In this document: positions 29,701-39,863 of the stretch, in pieces
How positions within the stretch are numbered: the first letter of the stretch is position 1
Layout of the letters: each line of letters begins with the position of its first letter
DNA from: an uncultured Desulfosarcina sp.
GTDB lineage: Bacteria; Desulfobacterota; Desulfobacteria; Desulfobacterales; Desulfosarcinaceae
Direction of reading: 5' to 3'
NCBI GenBank assembly: GCA_963674945.2
Contig: CAXXWQ010000004.1
Coordinates: 1,056,001-1,120,000 of the forward strand
Length of the DNA: 64,000 nucleotides
Program-made: the position numbers and the translations under genes
Notes under the pieces: generated by a model
Told to the model about the DNA's origin: nothing
What the model saw: only the letters and a program-made list of their open reading frames with translations
Databases searched by the model: none

Positions 29701-31605
29701 ATGAATATTACCAAATCGTATCCGCATAAGGTGGTTGACGCCGAGGCCGCCATCGAGAAGATCAAAAATGGTAGCCGTGTTTTCATTGGCACCGGCTGCG
29801 GTGAACCACAGCATCTGATTCACACCATGGTAAAAAACAAGGATATTCAAGATATCATGGTCTACCAGATGCTTTCCTGGACCTTTGCCGAATATATCGA
29901 CGATCCCAATTTCTTGCGGCGTTTTTCTCTCAAGCTTTTTTTCATCAGCAACCATATGCGAAAAGCGGCATTGGACGGCAAGCTGGACTATATTCCGAGC
30001 TATCTTTCCCAGATCCCCAGGTATTTCGCAAACAATCTCATTGGCCTGGATGTGGCGCTGGTCCAGGTGAGCCCGCCGGATGAACACGGGTATTGCAGCC
30101 TTGGCGTATCTGTGGACATCACCCTTTCCGGCCTGCAAAATGCCAAGCTGACCATCGCCCAGGTCAACCCTCGGATGCCGCGCACCTGGGGGGACAGTTT
30201 CGTGCATATCGACGAAATCGATTATCTCGTCGAGTACGAAGAACCGCTGGTGGAAGACCTCCCCATCATCAAGAACCAGCATGTGGCGCACCGAATCGGG
30301 TTTTACGTCAGTCAACTGGTGGACGATGGCGCAACCCTTCAGATCGGGTTCGGCCACCTGCCCTATGCCATATTACAGTTTCTGGAAGACAAAAACGATC
30401 TGGGCATCCACACCCAATTGATCACCGACGCCTTCATACCGCTCATTGAAAAAAAAGTGATCACCAATCGGAAAAAGACCATGCTTCCCGGTAGGGTGGT
30501 AGCCTCCTTGTGCATGGGAACGAAGAAGCTGTATCGCTATGTGGACAACAACCCCATGTTCTATTTTCGATCATCGGAGTTTGTGAACAATCCCACTATC
30601 ATCGCCCACAACGACAATCTGGTCTCCATCAGCTCGGCTTTGGAGGTGGATCTGACCGGTCAAGTATGCTCCGACTCCATACGGCACCTGTTTTTCAGCG
30701 GAATCGGAGACCAGGTGGACTTTCTGCGCGGCAGTGCCATGTCAAAGGGGGGATTCTCGGTCATCGCCCTTCCCTCCACGGCAAAAAAGGGAACCATTTC
30801 GAGAATCGTACCCCACCTGAGCGAAGGTGCCGGCGTGGCCACGACCCGAGGGGACGTGAACTTCGTGGTGACCGAATACGGAATCGCCGAATTGAGCGGC
30901 AAGAGCATCTACCAACGGGTTATGGAACTTGCGCAGATCGCCCATCCCAAGTTCCGTGAGGAGTTGATCGACGTGGCGAAAAGTCGTCACTATATCTTCT
31001 CGGATCAGCTTCCCCCCATTCAAGAGGATCTGCTTTTCATCGAAAGCTACAAGCGTCGCGTGACCCTGAGAAACGGTAAAAGTGTTGATTTCAGGCCACT
31101 TTTGCCCTCCGACGAGTTCGCCTACCGGAATTTTTTCTATTCGCTGAAAGAAGAGACCATCTATTTTCGATTCTTTTATCGGATGAAGCTCTTTTCCCAC
31201 GAGGTGGTGCAGCAGCAGTGGGCTGAGATGGACTATCGAAAAAACATGTCCATGATCGGACTGGTCCGCGTGGGTGGACACCAGGAGATTGTCGCCATCG
31301 GTTCATATGCAGATGAAGGCAACCATAGCGCCGAAGTGGCGTTCGTCGTACGGGAGGATTTCCAGAAATTGGGTATCGCCTCCCACCTGCTGGAAGACCT
31401 GGAACGTATCGCCAAGGAGAACGGCTTTACGGCCTTCTCCGCAACGGTACTTCACGAGAACGCGGCGATGATTCATATCTTTAAAAAACGATATCCCAAC
31501 GCCAAGCAGACCACCCAAGGCACCAGCGAACTCACCCTTCACATGAATTTTTCCGATGCGAAGGCGAACGAGGAAAGTGATGGCACCCGCCGCGAGTGTC
31601 GATGA
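29701..31605 (+). CDS. Acetyl-CoA hydrolase/CoA-transferase family domain fused to a GNAT acetyltransferase
   Basis: DVALVQVSPPDEHGYCSLGVS, EVDLTGQV, VVTEYGIA; GNAT AEVAFVVREDFQKLGIA, ENAAM. Confidence 0.9.
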   Translation: MNITKSYPHKVVDAEAAIEKIKNGSRVFIGTGCGEPQHLIHTMVKNKDIQDIMVYQMLSWTFAEYIDDPNFLRRFSLKLFFISNHMRKAALDGKLDYIPSYLSQIPRYFANNLIGLDVALVQVSPPDEHGYCSLGVSVDITLSGLQNAKLTIAQVNPRMPRTWGDSFVHIDEIDYLVEYEEPLVEDLPIIKNQHVAHRIGFYVSQLVDDGATLQIGFGHLPYAILQFLEDKNDLGIHTQLITDAFIPLIEKKVITNRKKTMLPGRVVASLCMGTKKLYRYVDNNPMFYFRSSEFVNNPTIIAHNDNLVSISSALEVDLTGQVCSDSIRHLFFSGIGDQVDFLRGSAMSKGGFSVIALPSTAKKGTISRIVPHLSEGAGVATTRGDVNFVVTEYGIAELSGKSIYQRVMELAQIAHPKFREELIDVAKSRHYIFSDQLPPIQEDLLFIESYKRRVTLRNGKSVDFRPLLPSDEFAYRNFFYSLKEETIYFRFFYRMKLFSHEVVQQQWAEMDYRKNMSMIGLVRVGGHQEIVAIGSYADEGNHSAEVAFVVREDFQKLGIASHLLEDLERIAKENGFTAFSATVLHENAAMIHIFKKRYPNAKQTTQGTSELTLHMNFSDAKANEESDGTRRECR

Positions 31606-31619
31606 AAGAAGACTCATCT

Positions 31620-33068
31620 TCACGCGACGAAAGAGGTCATTGCCTGTTTCTCCCCATCGAAATAGTCGATCCGCACAGCATATGTTCGCAAGTCGAGAGC
31701 AAGAACGACGTGGTGGGGCGATTTTTCCCATGACAGCACGAGTTGATCGTCCGGCGCATCTTCGATGTTGAACGTACCGTCGAAGGCAGGGTAGGTATTG
31801 CGGAACTCCATCATGCGCAACAGACGCTGTACCACCGGTTTCTGGATTTCGATGGCGACCTCGTCCAGGGTGTAGTTATGCCGGTTGATATCTCTGCCGT
31901 TTTTGGTCAATTGCACGAGTTCGATATCATTTTCACCGGCCAGCAGCCCTACGTAATATACCTGGGGAATACCCGGGGTGAAGAACTGGATGGCCCGGGC
32001 GGCGATATAGGCGTCGTCGTTGCATTCCAAAGCCGAGTAGTAGGTGCAGTTCACCTGATAGATGTCCAGATTCTGGTATTCCGAACCGGAGAATATTTTT
32101 CGCGTGTTGGCCCCTTTTTCGTCCAATCCGTCAAGGGTTTTTTGGAGTTCTTCGGGGGAGAACAGATCCTGAACATCCACGACGCCGATACCATCATGGG
32201 TGTCCAGGGTGGTGATCTGTTTGCGAGGGCAAATGGCCAACCACTGTTTTATCAGCCGACTGGTGTGGTGGTACAAGGTATGTAGCACCAGCATGGGCAG
32301 GGAAAAATCATAGGTCCAGTAACCGTGGGCCGATATTTTTTGATGGTAGCGAAAGTGTTCGTGCACCTCGGGCAGAATTTCGATGCCGAATGGAGAGACG
32401 TAGTCCTGAAGCCAACCGAGGAGTTCCCACACCTGGGGTTCCAGGAAAAAACAGTTGGTTCCGAGCTTGATCGTGCAATAGGCAAAGGCGTCCATCCGGA
32501 TCATCTTTGCCCGGGTCCGGGACAGCTGGATCAGGTATCGACGCATCACCTCTCGGGTTTTCGGCGAGTCCCAGTCCAGATCGATCTGTTCGTAATCGAA
32601 GGTACACCACACTTTCTCCCTGGATCCGTCTGCACGGTGGATGACGGTGTACGGTGGTCGGGGTTTGCGCGTGTATACCTTGGCCAGGTCCTCCTCGCTG
32701 ATCTCCCCGGTCGGACTGAGTTTATTAAAACTCAAGAACATATCGGCATACTCGGAATCCGGTCCCTTCTCGAAATAGTCCTGGAAATAGACCGATTGTC
32801 GGGATATATGGTTGACCATGAAATCGATGATCAGATCGAACTCGTTTCCGATCAGATCGATATCCCGCCAGGTTCCAAATGCCGGATCCACCTCATCGTA
32901 GGTCAGCGGTGCGAATCCACGGTCTGCGGAGGAAGGGAAAAACGGCAACAGGTGAACGCCGCCGATGGCGCGACGCAGATAGCGGCGCAGCACGTAGTGC
33001 AGTTCCACGAGGTCGGTACCCATGCTATCCGGGTAGACGATGAGCTGAACGTTGTTTTTCAAGGACAT
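31620..33068 (-). CDS. gtfA: Sucrose phosphorylase (GH13_18)
   Basis: GGVHLLPF, RMDAFAY (nucleophile), LPEVH (acid/base), TLDTHDGIGV, NLDIYQ loop, PGIPQVYYVGLL. Confidence 0.88.
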   Translation of the reverse strand: MSLKNNVQLIVYPDSMGTDLVELHYVLRRYLRRAIGGVHLLPFFPSSADRGFAPLTYDEVDPAFGTWRDIDLIGNEFDLIIDFMVNHISRQSVYFQDYFEKGPDSEYADMFLSFNKLSPTGEISEEDLAKVYTRKPRPPYTVIHRADGSREKVWCTFDYEQIDLDWDSPKTREVMRRYLIQLSRTRAKMIRMDAFAYCTIKLGTNCFFLEPQVWELLGWLQDYVSPFGIEILPEVHEHFRYHQKISAHGYWTYDFSLPMLVLHTLYHHTSRLIKQWLAICPRKQITTLDTHDGIGVVDVQDLFSPEELQKTLDGLDEKGANTRKIFSGSEYQNLDIYQVNCTYYSALECNDDAYIAARAIQFFTPGIPQVYYVGLLAGENDIELVQLTKNGRDINRHNYTLDEVAIEIQKPVVQRLLRMMEFRNTYPAFDGTFNIEDAPDDQLVLSWEKSPHHVVLALDLRTYAVRIDYFDGEKQAMTSFVA

Positions 33069-33071
33069 GGG

Positions 33072-35267
33072 TCAGTCTCCATTGGCATCTTCGATGAATC
33101 CATAATGTCGCAATCCTTCAATGATGCCGCCTGCACAAGGCGCACTGGCGAAATAGACATTGCGACTTCCTTTGAGCATTTCCAGTTCACGACTGTAATT
33201 GGCCACCACCACGGCCCGCGGCTCCCCGCGAAGCATCTCCTCATCGTTTCCCGAATCGCCGCAAACCATGAAGTTTCCCAGCGGAATCTCCCACTTGTAG
33301 CTTAAGTATCGGATGGCCTTTCCTTTGGAGGCCCGAAACGGCAGGATGTCCAGGTAGCGATCGTGGGAGTAGATGAGATTGTATCGACACTTGTGCTTCA
33401 ACAGCCGGTCATGGATGGTGGCGAGGCGGTCTTTTCCAGGATCCATATAATAGCTCACCTTATACTTTCGCTGGACCTCCTCTTCCTGGTATTCGATGAA
33501 ATCGATATCGGCCAGAAGGTCGACGATCTTTTGGCGATTCCATCGGTTGGCAATGTGGCTGGCCCATCCGGGACTGGGTTTTTTGCTATCTGCGTAAAAA
33601 AGGGCGCTGCCCACCGAGCAGATGAAAATATCCGGTTGCGGGATTTTGTATTTTTTCAATATCTTGCGAGCCGAATCGCCGGTTCTTCCCGTGGCCACGC
33701 CGAATCCCAACGCTCCCTTGTATCGGTCTATGATCGCCACCAATTGGTCCAGCTTCGAATTGTCTTCGCCGATGAAGGTATTGTCAATGTCGGTGATGAG
33801 GAAACGGTTGAGCTTCATCAAACGACGGCCAATCGCATCCGAGGCTTTCGGTTTCGTCAGTATGGATTGCTGGGCGGAAGTGGTCAAATTCCCGACGGCG
33901 GAAACATAATCCTGGGCGTGGCTTTTCCATGTATAGTATTTGCGGACGTTCATAATGCCGTTTTTCGAATATTTTTCCCACAACTTTTTGTCGGCGATGA
34001 TTTTTCTTACGGCATTGGAGATCTGGCGTGTCTTTGCGACGTCCACCAGGATTCCGTTCTTGCAATTGCGGATGATGTCGTTGGGTCCGCCGTCATTGGT
34101 GGCCACGATAGGCAGCCCCGTGGCCGATGCCTCCAGCAGCGTCAGTCCGAAAGGCTCTGTCAGGGCCGGGTTGATAAACACCCCCCTTCGTTCCGCTGCG
34201 ATGCGGTAGAGTGCCGGCACCTCGTATTGGAAATCGTGTTTCTTGGGAATGGCCATCTTCCCGTACAGATCGTATCGGTCCATGGCCAGCAGCATCTCCG
34301 TGAGAACCTCCCGCTCGTTGTCCGCCATGGCATCGATATCCTTTCGCAAGCCGGCGAACACGGCCAGGTTGGCCATGGACTGCAATTCGAGATCCTCGCC
34401 ATAGGCCTGCACCAGACCGGAGATGTTTTTCCGTTTGTCCGGCCGGCTCAACGCCAGGATCAGGGGTTTTTCTGGTGTGGTAAAGAAACGGTTCAACTCC
34501 TCGAGCATGGAGGCCTGGGCATATCGTGCGTTCTCCAACGACTGGGCGTCGTCGATGAAGTTGTTATGGTAATAAGGATGAAAGGTATCGATGTCGATGC
34601 CCGGAGGGATGACCCGATACTTGGGCACCTCTTTGTTTCGATAGAGACCGTATTGCTCCTTGATCTCATGCCGTGTGCTGGCCACCACCAGGTCTGCCCT
34701 TGCCAGGATCTGCTCTTCCACCTCGATCCGGTGATCGATTTTGATCTGTTTGATGATTTCCGCCTCGGTCATGCCCTGTTCCAGCAACCGCGCCAGTTTG
34801 GCACGCCCCAGGGAGTGGCCGGTGTAGACAAAGGGCAATGCCATGATATCGGCAAGTTGCAAGGCCACATACCCGGCGTCGGGGTAATGGCCGTGAATGA
34901 CATCCGGGATGGCGTTGTTGCGCTTGATGAATTTTATGGTTTTGTCCACATACTCTTCCAGGTGGGGCCACAGTTGCTCTTTGCGCAAGTATTTTCTGCC
35001 CCCGCACTGGATGCGAACGATACGAAATTTGTCGTTGATCGCCTCGATGGTCTTTCCGTAATCCGAAGAGACGCGTTTGTCGACAACGAGTCGGGTAAAC
35101 AGATCCACCCGATCGATCTCCTCACGGGCGGAAAGTTCGGTTCCCAGTTCGATCACGTACTTGACCTGACCGCCCGTATCCGCATCCCTACCCATCTCCA
35201 GGTTTTTCGATCGGATGAGACCGTGCAGGCTGTAAAGCTGAACGTAGAGGCCTTTTTTTTCGGCCAT
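33072..35267 (-). CDS. Sucrose-phosphate synthase (GT4) fused to a HAD sucrose-phosphate phosphatase domain
   Basis: HGLIR, GRDADTGGQVKYV, HGHYPDAG, TGHSLG, RPDKRKN, EPFGLTLLEA; HAD DIDNT, ATGR, ASKG, GDSGND; GAAGGAG RBS. Confidence 0.9.
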   Translation of the reverse strand: MAEKKGLYVQLYSLHGLIRSKNLEMGRDADTGGQVKYVIELGTELSAREEIDRVDLFTRLVVDKRVSSDYGKTIEAINDKFRIVRIQCGGRKYLRKEQLWPHLEEYVDKTIKFIKRNNAIPDVIHGHYPDAGYVALQLADIMALPFVYTGHSLGRAKLARLLEQGMTEAEIIKQIKIDHRIEVEEQILARADLVVASTRHEIKEQYGLYRNKEVPKYRVIPPGIDIDTFHPYYHNNFIDDAQSLENARYAQASMLEELNRFFTTPEKPLILALSRPDKRKNISGLVQAYGEDLELQSMANLAVFAGLRKDIDAMADNEREVLTEMLLAMDRYDLYGKMAIPKKHDFQYEVPALYRIAAERRGVFINPALTEPFGLTLLEASATGLPIVATNDGGPNDIIRNCKNGILVDVAKTRQISNAVRKIIADKKLWEKYSKNGIMNVRKYYTWKSHAQDYVSAVGNLTTSAQQSILTKPKASDAIGRRLMKLNRFLITDIDNTFIGEDNSKLDQLVAIIDRYKGALGFGVATGRTGDSARKILKKYKIPQPDIFICSVGSALFYADSKKPSPGWASHIANRWNRQKIVDLLADIDFIEYQEEEVQRKYKVSYYMDPGKDRLATIHDRLLKHKCRYNLIYSHDRYLDILPFRASKGKAIRYLSYKWEIPLGNFMVCGDSGNDEEMLRGEPRAVVVANYSRELEMLKGSRNVYFASAPCAGGIIEGLRHYGFIEDANGD

Positions 35268-35286
35268 TTTCTTCTCCTTCGCTGGT

Positions 35287-36186
35287 CTACTGCTTCGAAA
35301 AGCGATAAAATGCTTGAAAATCGTCATAGAACGACGGGTCGTCGGGAACGGCACCGGGAATCGAACATATCCGTGCTGCGAAACGGGAAGCATGATCGAT
35401 GATCTTCGCCCAATCCATCCCATTTATATATCCAGCCGCCAGGAGCGAAGCAAATCCGTCACCGGCACCCACCGTATCAACGATGACGGGTTGGGATACG
35501 GCCGGACAATCGATGGGGAAGTCGGCGCCGTAAAAGCGGCTGCCCCGGCTGCCCCTTGTCAGGGCCACGGCCTGAATGGAAAAGCGATCCATGAGCCATG
35601 CCACGGTGGCGTCGACATGGGGCGGGCCATCGAAGGCCTGTCCGATGTCGGCCAACTCCTCTTCATTGAGTTTCAGCAAGTCCACGGATTCAAGCGATTC
35701 GGCAATCGCCCGGAGATTGACGTGGGGCGGCCGCATATTGATGTCGCAAAAACGGGGAATGCCGTCATCACAGCGCTGCAAGAACGCTTGAACCCGGGTG
35801 CGACCTGATTCGGTTCGTTGGACGAGCGTCCCGAAGTAGATCAAACGAGCACCGTCGGGGCCGGAGGGAATTTTCTCATCCAAATCCAGATTGTCGTAGG
35901 CCACGTTCTCACGAATATGAAATCGGGGTACCCCATTTTCATCCAGCACCACTTTCACCGTTCCGGTGGGTCGGGACGCATCCACCTGCACATCCGAGCC
36001 CCCGAGGCCATGGGCCGTAAGTTTCTCGATGATACGGCGGCCGTTTCGGTCATCGCCGACACGGGTGATGAATCGCACGGGAAAGCCCAGTTGTTTCAGA
36101 TGAAAGGCAAAGTTGAACGGTGCCCCGCCAATGCGCTCATACGTGGGAAAAATGTCCACGAGGATTTCACCGATGACGACGATCAC
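35287..36186 (-). CDS. PfkB-family carbohydrate kinase (fructokinase-like)
   Basis: GGAPFNFA, DINMR, KLNEEE, DTVGAGDGF; AGGAGG then GTG at 36186. Confidence 0.9.
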   Translation of the reverse strand: MIVVIGEILVDIFPTYERIGGAPFNFAFHLKQLGFPVRFITRVGDDRNGRRIIEKLTAHGLGGSDVQVDASRPTGTVKVVLDENGVPRFHIRENVAYDNLDLDEKIPSGPDGARLIYFGTLVQRTESGRTRVQAFLQRCDDGIPRFCDINMRPPHVNLRAIAESLESVDLLKLNEEELADIGQAFDGPPHVDATVAWLMDRFSIQAVALTRGSRGSRFYGADFPIDCPAVSQPVIVDTVGAGDGFASLLAAGYINGMDWAKIIDHASRFAARICSIPGAVPDDPSFYDDFQAFYRFSKQ

Positions 36187-36370
36187 GAAAAACCTCCTTT
36201 GATATTGCCCCGATACAGACGGAAAATGAACGATGGGAGCTATTCGTGATTGCTGTGAAAGAGAACACAATCTCGATAGCCAGTCTGTCGTTCGGTCGAA
36301 GTCGGTGAGAAAAAATGGATGACCCGCGAGGATCGAGCCGCTGTTTCTCCAAAGATTCGAATACAGCGTC

Positions 36371-36703
36371 CTAAAATGCAGACACCAGAAAAGGAGTGCA
36401 CTGGATGGCAACACTTCCTTTTTTTACCCAAATTCTCGCCATGGTCACGGTTTCGCCTTCCAAGTTGACGACGTTGGCCAACTTCTCCACATGGGTGATA
36501 TCCCGTTTGCAAAATTCAAGGTAGGGACTATTCTCGTTATAGGGATCCGGAATCAAGAGAATCTGGTCCGCATCCATGGGATGCTTTCGCGGACTGCCGG
36601 TATAGGGAACATGGGTTTTGGAAAGGGACTGGATATCTTTCGGGACTTGATACTTTTCGATCTCGAATTTTTCCGCCTTTTGAATGGATGTGATCACGGC
36701 CAT
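36371..36703 (-). CDS. Conserved-looking hypothetical protein
   Basis: 110 aa, GGAGG RBS, co-oriented within the operon; no motif recognised. Confidence 0.7.
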   Translation of the reverse strand: MAVITSIQKAEKFEIEKYQVPKDIQSLSKTHVPYTGSPRKHPMDADQILLIPDPYNENSPYLEFCKRDITHVEKLANVVNLEGETVTMARIWVKKGSVAIQCTPFLVSAF

Positions 36704-36729
36704 CTTTTCCTCCGAAACATCTCATTCTG

Positions 36730-37011
36730 TCAATACCGGACTTCGAATCGCTCGAATTCGCCCAAGTGTTTCTCCCAGGTGATCTTCACATGGTCGACAC
36801 GGGCATTGGGCGGACCGGCATGGCACCATTGAATCAGAGATTGGACATCGGTTCCGGTGCCTTCCGCGACCGCTTCCACACTCCCGTCGTACTGGTTTCG
36901 AACCCATCCGGTGACACCGAATCGCAGGGCCGCCCGCTGGGTCTCAACCCTGAAAAAAACGCCTTGTACACGACCGGTAATGATCAGATGTGCCCGTGCG
37001 TTTTCTTCCAT
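36730..37011 (-). CDS. acyP: Acylphosphatase
   Basis: [21 protein letters not shown]. Confidence 0.95.
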   Translation of the reverse strand: MEENARAHLIITGRVQGVFFRVETQRAALRFGVTGWVRNQYDGSVEAVAEGTGTDVQSLIQWCHAGPPNARVDHVKITWEKHLGEFERFEVRY

Positions 37012-37079
37012 TATCTGTTCTCCCGTCAGCGGGAACGCGCCCTCTTCTTTATAACACCCTGCTATTGTTCTAATAAATA

Positions 37080-37108
37080 AACGTATTCAATGGAAGGTCT
37101 CGTGTCAA
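37080..37108 (-). promoter_or_regulatory. Putative sigma70 promoter for the acyP-to-sucrose operon
   Basis: Minus strand TTGACA-N17-TACGTT. Confidence 0.45.
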
Positions 37109-37378
37109 GCCGAAAAAGGATCGGCAGCAGGGTGCCCGCATCTGGATCTCACCGGTCTGCGCATCATGCCGATGCGCCATTCGCCAGTAGGTTCGAAGCA
37201 GTGCGACGGTTTGACAATCAATCATTGTGATCCTACTGTGATAAATAATACGAATCCGTTCAGGCAACGACGTTTCAAGAGATCATCAAGATTGGGATCA
37301 GTGAAATTTTACCCGGTTGGAATGGAGAACGAATAAGAAACCGTCGACGAATGCCGTCGTCGACATGGGAGAGATACC

Positions 37379-39271
37379 ATGAAAAAGATGGGAGATATGC
37401 TGCTCGGACGCGACGGCTTTTCGGAAATCGTCATGGGGAACACATCAATCGTCCGCGCCATGGTGGAGGCCGGAACACGTGTGATCAGTTCCTATCCCGG
37501 ATCTCCCACGCCCGAGATCGCGTCGGCCATCTTGTCCATCCCCAAGTCGAAGCGGCCCTTTTATTTCGAATTTTCCACAAACGAAAAGGTCGCCACGGAA
37601 CTTGCCTATGGAGCCGCGGTAAACGGCCACCTCTCAACCGTTTTCTTCAAGAGTGTGGGACTCAATGTGGCGGCCGATACCTTCGTTCAACTGAGTCTGA
37701 TGAACATCATCGGCGGGATGGTGGTGGTGCTGGGCGACGATCCCGGTGCCAACTCCTCCCAGAATGAGCAGGACAATCGCCACTATGCCCTGATGAGTTA
37801 CACGCCCATGCTGGAACCCGCCGATCCGGATGAAGTCTATCGATACTATCTTGCCGCCGCCAGACTCTCCAGAGAGAACCAGATGCCGGTTATCCTTCGG
37901 CTGACCACCCACGTGTGCCATGCCAAACAAAAAGTGGCATTCGGCCCCTGGACCCCGCCCGTTCCAGACGATACGCCGCGGTTCGACCCGGCCAACGGCC
38001 CCTATATTCCCATCACCACGCTGGCCATCGACCAGAAGCGAAAGGCGCTCTCCCGTCTTTCCCATGTCCGTCAGATCGCCGAGGAGACCGATCTTACATC
38101 ATGGCTGGACAACAACAACGAAAAGCGTGGCGTCATCACCATGGGACTGCCCTACCTCTCATTACGGGAAACCCTGGTGGATGCGAAAAGTCCTCCGGAT
38201 ATATTGAAACTGGCTTTTGTCCATCCATTGCCCAGAAAAACCATACTGGATTTTTTATCCGGACACGACGAGGTAAAAATTCTCGAAGAGCTGGATGAGG
38301 TGGTCGAACACCAGATCAAAGCCATGGCCTTCGACGCGCAACTGTCTGTGAAAATCATCGGAAAAACCGACATGGCCGAAAAAATCGGCGAGTACACGCC
38401 GGACAAAGTGCTCGATATTCTTTCGGATCTTTGGCCGGACATGGTACCATTGGATCCGAAGTCCGTCGACGGCGATCCGGTGCCCCACAGGCCGGCCCAG
38501 ATGTGCCCGGGATGTGGACACCGCAGCGCCTTTCACGCCATCAAAAAGGCGCTTTCGGCAACGGATATCACCGTTGCGGACATCGGTTGCCACACCCTGG
38601 GCTTTCTCCCCCCTTACGAGATGGGGCAACTTCTCATGTGCATGGGGGCATCGACGGCCATGGGCAGCGGCTTACGTCTATTCAACACCAGTCGAAAGGT
38701 CGTGGCCTTTTTGGGGGACTCGACCTTCTTTCACGCCGCCCTTCCGGGAATCGTCAACGCCATTTTCAACCAACACCCCATTACCCTGATCCTCATGGAA
38801 AACGGCACAACCGCCATGACCGGCCATCAGGATCATGCGGCCAGCGGGAGAAACGTCAACGATATCACGGAAAAAATCCCCGTTCGACAAGTGCTGGAGG
38901 GGCTGGGGGCAAAACACATCTTCGAGGTGGACACCTATCAGCAGGCCAAGCTGACGAAGTTGGTAATCGAGGCTACGGCCATCGACGAATTCAGCGTGGT
39001 CATCGCCCGGCACCCCTGTATGCTCAAATTCACCCGCGCGCAGCGAAAAAAGCCAGGATACCGGCAAAAACACGTGAACATCGACCAGGACGTGTGCGAA
39101 CGGATTCACGATTGCGTCGAATCCTTTGCCTGCCCCACGTTCACCCGGGATATGGACGGAAAGGTCACGATTAATACGGATCTTTGCATCGGCGACGGCA
39201 GCTGCATCCAGACATGCCCCGCCGGCGCCATCGTGCCCGCCGGAAAAAATGGGAAAGGAGACGTGTCATGA
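37379..39271 (+). CDS. iorA: Indolepyruvate:ferredoxin oxidoreductase alpha subunit
   Basis: YPGSPTPE, NEKVA, GLNVAAD, SSQNEQD, MCPGCGHR, DIGC, GDSTFFH, C-terminal ferredoxin. Confidence 0.92.
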   Translation: MKKMGDMLLGRDGFSEIVMGNTSIVRAMVEAGTRVISSYPGSPTPEIASAILSIPKSKRPFYFEFSTNEKVATELAYGAAVNGHLSTVFFKSVGLNVAADTFVQLSLMNIIGGMVVVLGDDPGANSSQNEQDNRHYALMSYTPMLEPADPDEVYRYYLAAARLSRENQMPVILRLTTHVCHAKQKVAFGPWTPPVPDDTPRFDPANGPYIPITTLAIDQKRKALSRLSHVRQIAEETDLTSWLDNNNEKRGVITMGLPYLSLRETLVDAKSPPDILKLAFVHPLPRKTILDFLSGHDEVKILEELDEVVEHQIKAMAFDAQLSVKIIGKTDMAEKIGEYTPDKVLDILSDLWPDMVPLDPKSVDGDPVPHRPAQMCPGCGHRSAFHAIKKALSATDITVADIGCHTLGFLPPYEMGQLLMCMGASTAMGSGLRLFNTSRKVVAFLGDSTFFHAALPGIVNAIFNQHPITLILMENGTTAMTGHQDHAASGRNVNDITEKIPVRQVLEGLGAKHIFEVDTYQQAKLTKLVIEATAIDEFSVVIARHPCMLKFTRAQRKKPGYRQKHVNIDQDVCERIHDCVESFACPTFTRDMDGKVTINTDLCIGDGSCIQTCPAGAIVPAGKNGKGDVS

Positions 39272-39849
39272 AGGCCTTCAACATTTACCTGACCGGTGTG
39301 GGGGGCCAGGGCATCGGCCTGATCAGTGAAATGATCCTTCGGGCCGCCGATCACGCCAAAATTCCAGTAAAAAGCGTGGATACACACGGGCTGGCACAAC
39401 GGGGCGGCATCGTCGTTTCCCAGATCCGGATGGGAGAAGCGGTCCACTCACCGCTGATTCCCAAGGGGAAAGCGAATCTGGTGATTTCATTGGAGCGGCA
39501 CGAGGCGCTTCGTGCCGCGGCAACGGTTTTGCAGGACAAAGGCCAATTGATCTACTACGACACCCTCTGGCAGCCGTTGTCCGTCCGTCTCGACGAATCA
39601 CGTCAGGTCACGATGGAGGAGGTCCAAGGCTACTGCCGAAAACGTGGCATTGCAGTATGGTCCGTTTTCCAGGCAGATCTTCCGGACATTCGCATGCAGA
39701 ACATGGTTCTTTTGGGAGAGGTTCATCGTCTCGATCTGATCCCTTACGTCGAGTTGGATCATTACCGTCTGGCAATGGAAGATCTCATGACCGGAAAAAT
39801 GCTGGAAAAAAATATGTCCATTTTCGAAAATCGCGTTTCGCGTTCTTGA
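39268..39849 (+). CDS. iorB: Indolepyruvate:ferredoxin oxidoreductase beta subunit
   Basis: GVGGQG, HGLAQRGG, SPLIP, NMVLLG; ATGA overlap with iorA. Confidence 0.9.
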   Translation: MKAFNIYLTGVGGQGIGLISEMILRAADHAKIPVKSVDTHGLAQRGGIVVSQIRMGEAVHSPLIPKGKANLVISLERHEALRAAATVLQDKGQLIYYDTLWQPLSVRLDESRQVTMEEVQGYCRKRGIAVWSVFQADLPDIRMQNMVLLGEVHRLDLIPYVELDHYRLAMEDLMTGKMLEKNMSIFENRVSRS

Positions 39850-39863
39850 AAGGTACGCAAAAT

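Noticed and set aside
33363..35402. Long antisense ORFs (679 aa here; also 25792-27186, 46309-47679, 4153-5124 and others)
   Set aside because: Shadows of well-supported genes on the opposite strand, expected in GC-rich coding DNA
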